Of a stretch of 64,000 nt of DNA, positions 23,893-34,800 are shown piece by piece. This DNA comes from Monocercomonoides exilis PA203 (lineage: Eukaryota > Protista > Preaxostyla): contig LSRY02000041.1 of NCBI GenBank assembly GCA_001643675.2, positions 682,001 through 746,000 on the forward strand, written 5' to 3'. Both the position numbers and the translations under genes were made by a program. The first letter of the stretch is position 1; every line of letters begins with the position of its first letter. Below the pieces are notes generated by a model that had not been told where the DNA came from, did no database searches, and saw only the letters and a program-made list of their open reading frames with translations.

Positions 23893-26800
23893 CTAAGAGC
23901 TGGCCTTTTCAAGGCACTCTTTTGCTAATTCTTCGCATTGTGTTAGGCACTCACGACTTCCCTGGTAATCTCTGTCACACATCGTAGCGCATCTTCGTCT
24001 TCCATCCACGCAATCAGAAATCGTGACTGGTTTATCTTGTTTATTGACATTTTTATTTTCAACATTTGAATCTCTGCCTGTAGATTTATCGTCTTTTCTT
24101 TGCTTTTTCATTGCCTTTTTCTTCATATTTGCATATTTTTGTGAAAGCGGCTGCGTTGTTCTGTTAGTCTTGATCGATTCCTTTATTTTCGAAGGCAATT
24201 TGCTTTTAATCTCTTCAGAATCTTTGTCAAGCTTCTTCAAGAAGTAATCAACAAGATGTGAAGATTTGTGTGATTCTTCTTCATTTGAGTGCTCAAATCC
24301 CTTTTGATCGAAATCCCACGAACCAACCAATGCATCGAGTTCGTCATTCTTCTCATTCATTTTTCTCAAATACTCATCTACAATATTCTTCGGATGTTCT
24401 GTCGGTTCTTTTTCCCCTCTCTGCATCTTTTGCTTTCCTTGCATTTTATCATTTATTGCTCTGTTTATGCGTTGCCTCACCATATCAGCTGGCCCTCTCT
24501 CTTGATAGCGCTGGTTCTGCCTCTGATCAAACTGACTGTTGCTTCCAAATCCCTTTTGGTTATCAACCATCTTCTTTAGCTGTTTGCCAACTTTCTCTTT
24601 TCTGCTCTTAATTGCATCTTCCATTCTTTCTCTTCTTGATTTCATTCTCTTTTTCATTTCCTTTTCTTCCTTTTCTTCTTCTTCTTCTTCTTCTTCTTCT
24701 TCTTCTTTCTCTTTCTCTTCTTCGTCTTTGTCTTCTTCGTCTTCCTTCCCTTCTTTTTCTATTTCGCAAGCTCTCCACTCCTCATCGCAGCCAAGATTGC
24801 ACTGCTTCCCTGCAATTCTGCAGTCCTGATACGCTTCTTCCTCTCCCTTCCCGCCTTTCATCTGCCTCTGCACACATCGCTGTGTAAAGCGCCGGCATTC
24901 AGAATAGCACTGCCTGCGCTGCATCTCACATTCTGGTGCAGACGATGGAGGAACCTGAGAATTCGCTTGACTCTCTCCTTCTCCTGTTTGCTTCTGGCTG
25001 CCCATCTTTCGCATTCTCCTCTTCATGATTTTCTTTTCCTTTCTTTTTTGCATCTTCTCCTGCTTTTCTCTTCGCTCTTCTTCTTCTTCTTTCTCCTCCT
25101 CGTCGCGTTCGACTGAATGAATGCACCGCTCAAATTCTGCGTCGCATCTTTTCACTTCTCTCTGAACCTCTTTCGAGCATTCCTCTTTCGTCCTCCCTCT
25201 TTCAAGGCAGCTGTTTCCGAAGTCAACACAATTTGACAAGCAGTCCACTTTCTGCGATTCGCACATCATCTCTCCGTCTGACTCACTCAGCACACTGTTG
25301 TTCGTCAGCATGCTTTTCATCCCGCGTCTGTCAAAGTTCAATCCGCCAGACATTCCACTAGAAACATCGTAGCGCAGTTGCTTTTGTGTGCCTTTCTTGT
25401 TGATTGAATTAACTGGACTAACAGAATTGTCAAAGGAATCTCTGTGCTCATAGCGGCTGTGCTTTCTCATCTGCTTCAGCTCAGTTTCTGTGGAAGGCTT
25501 AGCAGAAACCATCGCTTCGTCAAATAAATCGGCCAGTTGGTACATCCTTCTATCTGTTCGCGTGTGCTTGTCTTCTTCAGACGCAGCTTTCATCAGCTTC
25601 TGCTTTGTATTGTCCAAAAGCTGCTTCTTCTTCTCTTCTGCCACGTCAATCACGTCTGCCACCATCACTTCTCTCTGTCTGTGGCACCTGTCTTCGCATG
25701 TTGCTGAGTCCCGCTCACATTCCTGAACACATGTCACCAGCGGCTCTTCCCCAAAGCTCCGCAAAAGCGTCTTCCGCACATTCGTTCCGAGTCTTTCTCC
25801 ACGCTCTTTCGCTTTGCTCTTCGCTTTGTCCTTCAAATTGCTATCCCCTTTCTCTGACTTGCCTGTCTTTTTGGCTGTCTTTGCCTTGTCCAGCTCAGCA
25901 GCCAGCGCAACATGATCCAGTTCCTTTCCGAAGTCGAAGTCGCGCGAGCGCCATTCCTGTGCCAGTGTGCTCATCTTCATCCCTCTTTTGCTCCATCCCT
26001 TGGAATCGCTGCTGCTGTCGTGGCAGTCGTCAATGCACTGTGTCTCGTATTGGCTGCACTCATCAGCACATTCTTCGAACGTGCGGTTGATTTGGCTGAG
26101 CGCTCTCTGCAGCTGCCGTTCGTGTCTGTGTAAGGCATGTACTGATGACAATGCAATGTCCTTCACACAGCCACGAGGATATGGAGATGATGGAGGCACT
26201 TTTCTTTCTGAGGCAAAATGAGGAGATGATTTGGATGACGGGCTGATCTCAACAAACTCTGAATTCAGTGTGTCTGTCTTTTGTCTGTTTGCCCTGCGAT
26301 TTTTGAATTTGTTCAAAGATCGGTTAAGTCTCTCAGTTATATCTTCTTCCTCTTCTTCTTCTTCAATTTCTTCTTCGCCTTTTTCTTCCTCTTCTTTTTT
26401 CTCTTCTTCTTCCTCTTCCTTTTCCTTCTCTTCATCTTTCGCAATCTGTTTCGCTGTCACACTCACTTTCATAAACGATGCCTGCGCCTTCCCCACACTT
26501 ATTCTGCACTTCAGCATGCACTGCTCGTTCTTCGCATCACACTCTGCCAGCTTCCCTTCCAAACATTGATTCAGCTCCTGCGGCGCGATTGCTGCACTGA
26601 GCTGGTTGTATCGGATGCTTCCGGGGGCTGCTTTGCGCCGCGCATCTAGATCCTGCTGGCTCAGCTCCATCATACACCCAAGCTCTGCATTCACTCGGCA
26701 CCGCGCGCTTTCGTCCTTGCAGGTGCTGTTGCAGTCGCTGCTGCTGCTGGCAGAAACGGGATTCGCTTCATCTGCGCTGTTTGCAAGGTTAACAGAAACA

Positions 26801-29544
26801 GACGGTTCGCTGAATTCATCAGCAACGAACGAGGACAGAGGATGGCTCCGCTTATTGGATTGAGATGAGTGTAAATCAGAAAAAGAAGAAGAAGAAGATT
26901 CTGAGTCTGGCTTGTAATTCACTGAACGACTCGAACGAGAAGAAGAAGCTGTTGCTGATTGATCATTTGAAGATGAAAGGGCAGAAGATGCATCACTTCC
27001 TTCGACATCTGTCTGCTGCATGCCGCTGGAAAAGCGATCAGCAAGAGGATATCTTCTGCTCATAAACGCATCCAATGGGCGCTCAGACACATCGATTTTC
27101 TGTCCTTTAACCTGATAGCGCGGGCTGTGATAGTCATCTGAGAATTGCCTGCTGCGCTGTTCGTCTCTTTCCTCTCCAAATCCGCCGGCAGAATTTGCCA
27201 TGCTCACGTTGCTGTGCACACCTGCCCTGTTTGGATATCTCTCGTCGTATCTTCTTTTCGCGTCCACTCTTCTGCCATCTGTCACTTTCTTGTCTGGCCC
27301 GTTCTTTCCGTCCGCTTCGCTTCCGCTGCCGTTTCTTCGCTTCTCTTCTTTGAGCATCTTGTTCACTCTCTTTCTAATGTTATCCTTCCGCTCTTTCGTT
27401 CTGTCGTTCTCGCTCTTCGCATTCAGCCCGCTCTGCTTCATCTTCTGCTCTGCTCTTCTGTTCGACTCTGTCACATTCGGAGGCGCATTAAACGTCTGCA
27501 CACACAGCGACACACACTCGCTCGCCTCTTCTGCACACTGCGGCATGTTGTGCTCGATGCAGGTGATAAGACAATCAGACTCATCCACGTCGTACTGTGC
27601 AGCGTCTTGTTTAGAGGTTGAATCAGCACTTTCTCCGTCGCTTGTTTGTGTCTGCTTCATTTTCCGCTGAGCACACTCAGATCGGCAGTAATCCCTCATC
27701 TGCGTAGAGCAGCTGTTGAGTGTGTCGTTGCAAGACGCAACACAATCATTCTTGTCAGCAGCATACTTTGCAATGCCTCGCTTTTTCAGGTCATCGCGAA
27801 GCATCAGCCGCTCCTGCTCCTCTTGTTTTGTCTGGTTCTCTGTCTTGTTCCCAACAACAGCTTGTTCGCACTCGTTGTGACACGTAGCCATCAGAGCCCC
27901 GCACGAATCAGTCTTCTCTGCCATGCAGCGCCCCAGGCATGTCCGCTTTTTGTTCGGCTGGACGTGACGATTGTGCTGTTTGTATTTGTTGACAAGCTGA
28001 TGTCGCTTAACTTTGTGTGCTCTTTGTGTTTCTTGGGACGAGAAACCTTCTTTCGATTTCTTTTTATCATCTTCGTCATCATCATCATCGTCATCTTCTT
28101 CTTCATCATCGTCATCGTCATCGTCATCGTCATCGCCATCCCTCTTTCCTTCCTCCTCCTCACACTGTGCATAGCAATCCATCGCAGCTGTGTGCAAACA
28201 TTGCTTTGTGTTTTCCATGCATTGCCTGTCGCACATCTTTACTGCTTCTGAGTCCGTCACGTCCGCATCGCACTCCTTCAGGCAGTCTTCCTGCAAGCTG
28301 CTGCATTCCGCCTCGCATTGCTTAAGACAGTTGTCGCACTCGGCAGTTTGGGATGCGTCTGCTCCGTCTGTCTTTGTTCCGTTGCCAAAGCACACCGGGT
28401 CGCATCTCCCATCGCAGTTGTCAATACACTGATTAACCGCTGACAATCGCAAAAATGTGTCATATTTCATTTTCAAAAAGAGAAAGAGAGAAAATGGTTG
28501 AATATTTTTTTTAAAAAAAATGCAATTTTTCTCAATGGTAAACACATAAAGCACACTTTCTCTACACGTGAGATCACAATCAACATCCACTTGATCTGTA
28601 AGAAGCAAAGACTGCGAAGAGATAGACTGCATCGGAGAAAAAAGCGATAATCCGAGCGCCTTAACAACAGCATTCTTCATTGCTTCGTGAGATGGATGGT
28701 TGCACTTCAAAGGGCATGCTTCAATGCAACCTGAATATGGTTCGATGCAGTCTTTAATGGACGCGAGAACACAACGACGTTCGCATTGGGATAACTTGTT
28801 ATTGTAATCTTCTTTTTCTGTATCTGTTATATTCCCATTTAAAAGAGAAGAAAGCTGATTTGTGCATTCTGTATGGCAAAATGTCACTGCTTTTCCTTCG
28901 CAAGAATCAAGTTTTTGCTTGCATCCAAATGAGCATTCCGAAGAAAATCCTCGTTTTGTTTGATCCTTCAAAATACATTGGCCATAACTGTTACTGCAAT
29001 TTAGCAAAACATCTTTGACGCAAGATGAAATGTCGCATGAGCCATCTGTAAAAATGAGAATTTCAAAAAAAAATGTGAATACGTTGCACAATTCAATATG
29101 AAAATTATTAAACTTTGACATTTCTCCGTGCATGTAACTGTTGAGTTCTGTTGGCATTCACTTAGAACGTTCACACAACTTATTTGAGTACCAAAGTTGC
29201 AAAGATCCTTGCATTCAAGGAGATTAACCCCACAAATTTCAATTTCTTGATTTTTAATAAATGTAATCTTGTGCATAAAAAAATTTTGTAATACCTTCCA
29301 TTGTACATTGCTTTTGACATTCAGCAGGATCTTTTGAAAAATTGCATTCTTTTCCGCACAGAACATTTGCATTTGAAATACACTTCATTGTACGATTAGT
29401 ACAAAGAAGATTGCATTTTTCTTGGTCGTTAGAGTTTAAAAAAATAGGTGAAAGCTGCCGTAATGTTCGATTATGATTGGATGGGAGAGAAAATGGAACG
29501 GCATATGAGATTGATATAAACGACCAAATGCACAAAAAAAGCAT
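23893..29544 (-). CDS. Secreted cysteine-ladder repeat protein; exons 29544-29295, 29245-29114, 29045-28557, 28439-23893
   Basis: Signal peptide MLFLCIWSFISISYA. Three GT-AG introns; removing them restores regular Cys spacing. Repeated C-x3-C-x6-C-x7-C-x3-C / C-x3-C-x7-C-x6-C-x3-C units are separated by charged linkers. No TM segment seen. Confidence 0.85.
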
Positions 29545-29691
29545 TAATATTTTGTTTTAAAAAATTTCAATGGTAAACAACAATAACATAATATTGTAGA
29601 AATATCACATCATGTCATTCATCATAGAAATATAAATGGGAATGATCTTAAAGATCAGTTTATATTATTAAATAAAATAGATCAGATAAAA

Positions 29692-30860
29692 ATGGAACTG
29701 TTATTGATTGCATTCACAATTGCCTTTATTTACGGGGAGAGCGAAAAGGGAGAAACAAATAGTGCTTTTTCAGATATATTTTACTGGAAAAGCAAGGCTA
29801 TTTGGAAAGCTTCTTCTGTTCCAAATCCAAGATCAAATCCGAACAAATGTGTTTCAGCAATGGATTTGAACGAATACATGAAACTTTTCAATTGCACTGG
29901 AAAGCTTCCTCCGTTATGGATATGTGATCCTGATGGTTTTGTTTCTCCATCCGTTCTGAAAGAGGTTAATGAAAAAATTAGTGAATTGGAATCAACAAAC
30001 GGAGCAGAGGTGGGAGTGATTGTTGTAGAGGTATGAGTCAAACAAATTATCATTTTAAATTTTGAAATTATTTATTTTATATATTTTTTTAAATGAAAAT
30101 TACGAAAATTTTTTTAGTCAAGAGATTCAAGCGAATCATCAAGCGACTTTACAAAGAATGTTTTTAATTCTTGGGGTGTTGGAAAAGCAAATGTGAATAA
30201 TGGAGCGTTGTTTTCACTTATGTTTGATCTTTTGTTTTCATATGTAATGACAATATTTGTTTCCTTTTTTTTAAATAAATGTGTTTGCTGTTTATTTTTG
30301 AATGGATCTCTTTATCATGCAATGCCACAAAGGATAAATGACCGTGAGATGTACATTCAAACAGGAAAAGGAATTAAGGATTTGTTTTCGGGATCAAGAA
30401 TTGATGAAATCTTGAGTGCTTTGAAACCAAGTCTTCGAGATGGAAATTACGATGCAGTTTGAGAGCTGTTGCTTAGCTTCTATTTGTTATATGATTTTTC
30501 TGTTCTTTGTTATTCTATCTGATTGTTTGTATTTATGAAATTATGTATGGATTTCAGGCTGTCAAGACAGCTGTGGATAAAATTTGTAAAGTCATCAAGG
30601 ATAATAAAAAGCCATTTCCAGAATGGGCGCTCGTAGTAGTTATTGTAGTTCCTATTCTTGCTGTTGTTTTGGTACCAGTCATAATTACTGTTATCTGCTC
30701 GGCAACGGGACATTGCAAGTCTACTGGAGATGGAAGCTCTGGAAGCACCTACATAAATTCTACGACTGATAATTCATATTCTTCAACTTCTTTTGATAGC
30801 AGTTCTTCATTCGGTGGTGGTTGTTGTGATGGTGGGGGAGGAGGTGGTGGAAGTTGGTAA
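29692..30860 (+). CDS. TPM (TLP18.3/Psb32/MOLO-1, YgcG-like) domain single-pass membrane protein; exons 29692-30030, 30118-30221, 30333-30456, 30558-30860
   Basis: Signal peptide; VPNPR..C..WICDPDG; VFNSWGVGKANVNNGALFSLMINDREMYIQTGKG; LKPSLRDGNYDAAV; TM WALVVVIVVPILAVVLVPVII; terminal FGGG..GGGGGGGSW. Three phase-consistent GT-AG introns. Confidence 0.85.
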
Positions 30861-31814
30861 AGTGATTGTATTTCCTTCATTTTGACGATTTTTTATTTAT
30901 TTATTTATTTTTTTTATTTTTATAAAACTGCATGGACTGTTTTTATTTGACTTGAAATGATACATATGAGTTTGATGTCTTTTGTGAGTATTGTTATTTG
31001 TTAATGAATTCGATAATTTTTTGTTTTTTTATAGTTATTATTGTTTTTCTTTATTGAAGTTTTCATTTTTTGAAAATTAAAGTTAATTTGAGTAATAGGT
31101 TCATCAAAGTGATAGAGATACTTTATTTGGACTGAAGTTTTGATAATTGCTTGCATTGAGTTTCAGCGATGCATGCTCTTATTATTTTTGAGCTTTTATT
31201 TTGTTGTTTTGTTTGTTTTGACGCTCCAATTGAACAGGGGTTATTTAGTTAATGAGCTAAACAGCAATTCTTTTTTATGATTGACATATTTTGGTGGGAC
31301 AATTTGTAACATGCTGAAAGTTTTTAATTTTTTTAATTTTTTTTTTTTTTAATTTATTAAAGAGTGATCCATAAATAAATTGAAAACTTTTTGTTGGATG
31401 AGCAATGATTTGAGTCGATCTGGGAAGTTAACTTTAGCCAGTGATGAAAACATCCTGCGAATGCGAGAATTTGATACATTATTCACAACAGTCTTTAAAT
31501 GACAATAATTGGTGAATCTTGAATGATGTTTCAAATTTTTTAATGTTCAATATGGCACTGCTTCGCAAAGTGAACGCAAAAAAACCCATTTCATTTTAGA
31601 ATTACTCCCCCCTTTAAATAAGTTGTATTTTTGCAATTAAGATATTATTCGTTTCAATTCAGATTGAAATCAATAATTTGTGGGTTTCATAATAAACATG
31701 TTGTGAATTAAACAGTTGGACAATAAAAAGAATACATAAAAATATGAATGCAAAAGCAACAATAATACAAGAAGGTTCTATATAAAGATATGGTCTTTTA
31801 AGTTTCCCTTGACT

Positions 31815-34800
31815 CTAATTCTCCACAATTTCCATCTTGCTAATCACTTCGCCAAAAGTTGGTCTGCTATCTGGCTCGTCTGCCCACATCTTCTCCATCA
31901 GCCCAACCATTTCTTCTCCTTCGATTCCTTCTGTCAGCGGTCGCACCCCATCTCTCATCATTTCCTGAGCTTCTTCAGCAATGCACTCACTAAAAGGCAC
32001 CTCTCCTGTTGTCATTTCATGGAGAATCAGTCCAAGTGTGAAAACAACTCCCTTTTCAACTCCCTCGTCTTCATTTCCTATTTCCGGTGCCTTCCATCGC
32101 TTCATTTCTTCCTTCTCCTTTTTATCCTTCAATTCCTCTGTCAAAACAAATATTTCATTTTCATTTCCTTCTTCAACAAAAATTGAATATGGGCACAACT
32201 GCCTTGCCATCATTTCCATCCTTTCGTCTCCTACTGAAATCAGATGCTCAAACAGCTCTGCAACTGCTAAAACTACTTCTTTCCCATCAACAACATCCAT
32301 CGCTCTTGTCCCCAAGGTGAAATTACCTTGCACAGAATGAATAGCTGAATGCAATGTTTTGATGTTCTTCTTCTCTTTCTCTCGAAATGGCTTCTTTGCT
32401 GACATCATATTGAATGAATGTGATTGTGGCACTCCAGAAGCAGAGGCATTCTCTGAAAAAGGTATTGGAGATTCCAAATCTGGATGATCATTTTCATTCA
32501 GAATTTCATCGTTGCTCATTGAAGGAGGCTCTGGAAGATCTTCATCGTTGTCAATGAGAAGTGGAATTTGGCTCGTCATCCCTTCCAGTAATGTCGATGG
32601 CATTTCGCTCATCTCAAAGTTCCCTCCATTGTTTTCACTTCTTCTCCTCTCCATCTTTTCCATCATCTGCTGGTTTTCTAATCTTTCTTTCTCAACTCTC
32701 TTTTCGGATTCCTTCAGTTTCCTTCGCTGAACCACAACCATCATAACAATCACAAATAACAGAATTGCAACAACAACAGCACACATAATGAAGGCAACCA
32801 AGCTCCATTCAATTTTATCCTCTCCTTCTGCAATCTTCTCATCTCCTTTCCCTTCAGATACGCTTCTATTCTTCAGAATGAATGAATTTGTTGATAATGG
32901 AGATTCTGTGTTGCCAAATAAAATAGATACACTCACCTCAACATCATTTCCACAACTTTTGATAAAATCTTTTGCCGCACTTCCTTCAACTTCTCTTTCT
33001 GATAAAAACTTATTTGAATCAAAATTATGTTTTTCAATCTCTTTCTCTTCTCCATTCCTCTTCACAACTGAGAATGACAGATTGCATGGAATAAGAAGCA
33101 ATCCTTTGAATGTCAGCTTCATTCTATCTGTTGTTTCTTTTGCTTCAACGCTTTCCAGAACAGGAATGAAGAACGATGAATACCTTTCTGAAACAATCCC
33201 TTCAAAACTGCACCCATTATTTAACATCCAAAGAGATGTGTTTGGTAAAACTCCATCTCCTCCTTTCAAACTCTTCACATTCAATGTTCCTGAATCTGAA
33301 CAGATGATGTTTCTTCTCAATGATGGATACTTTTCAATTGATGGATTGTTATTTATGAACTCTCCTTTCTCAATCTCAACACTTCCTCCGCTCATCGTTA
33401 TTCCACCTTTTGGTGAATTCGAGATTGTTGTATCTTTCATCAAAACAGAACTCTTTACAACATCCACAAGAGATCCATCCCATCTGCACATCTCTTCTTC
33501 TTCTGTATTTGAATTCTTTTCATTTCTTTCATTTGAACTTCCATCAAATATGCAACAATCCATTTTAACATCTGTGCAATCCTCCAATTTCATCAATTTC
33601 CCTTTCTTTCTTTTTGATGAACACCCACCAAATGAACAGTTCGAAAACTCCACATTTCCTTCCATCTCCTCAACATCAACCACACATGTTCTTTCATCCG
33701 CACATGTGATGTTCTCAAATGAAGATGACAGAATCGAAAATGAAAACTCACTTTTTTCTCTGTTGTTTGAACCCGGTCCTCCTCCACTAACATTCAAAAA
33801 CCATCCATTTTTAATCTTTACATTTCCTACTTCCACTTTTTCCATCTTCACATTTACAACTCCACTGATCTTCATGCAGTCTTTGCTTCCCTCAATATTT
33901 CTGAGTGTCAACACATTCACTTCAGCATCCTCTTTCATCAGCATCACCGCTTCACCATCAAATGAAAGCCATGAAACACTTACATCCCCCATTGAGCATT
34001 TCCCCCTTTCCACAAATATCAAACAGAACTGCACTTGAACCATTTCCTTCTCAGCTGAGCTCACTCCCTCAAATGAACACATGCTGATCGATGTCTTTCC
34101 TGAACTTATCGTCATGAATGATGAATGTGTTGTTGGAAGCTGGGCTTGTGCTGATTCCACTTCTTCAAAGGCAAATTGAATCCATCGCATATTCACCTGC
34201 CCCTTTGTCTCCACAATCATTTCTTTGCTGCAATTCATCCTCCCTTTCACAACCACTCGACTCTGCACTTCATGCATCCCGCTCAGCGTGAGTGTGTCCA
34301 GTCCAATTTCCTCATCAATCACTGACTCCTCATCGACAAACGCCTGGCTGAAGAAATCGTGTGTCAGATGCCTGAGCCCAAACCCAATTGTCACACAAGG
34401 AAGTGAAGGCTTCCCACACTGCTGCTCATTGCTTCCCCCTTTCCCTTCTTTGTTCGACACCACAATCGTGTCTGACTGGTATTTCACAATCAGACTCATC
34501 AAGTCCATCGCCTCTTCCTTGTGCTCTCCCGCATCCATCCCATAGATCGCATTCTGCCTGATGAACTCCACATCACGGAAGTCGAGGTTGAACTGTGTTT
34601 CGTTGATCTGCCTCTCGATGCAGTCACACACAATGAACACATCATTCCCGACTTTTGCTGTGTTCCTTCGGAATATCACCCCATCAAACACATAATCCAA
34701 CTCTCCCCTCACTTCAGTCTTCAGATACACCCCGCCTCCTTTCCCTTCGCTCACAGAGCATCCACACTGCTTCACACTCGTGTTCACAACATCGAACCAT

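Noticed and set aside
31236-31616. Possible Kolobok-like element (agggg...cccct ttaa)
   Set aside because: The TIR match is very short and TTAA is present on one side only.
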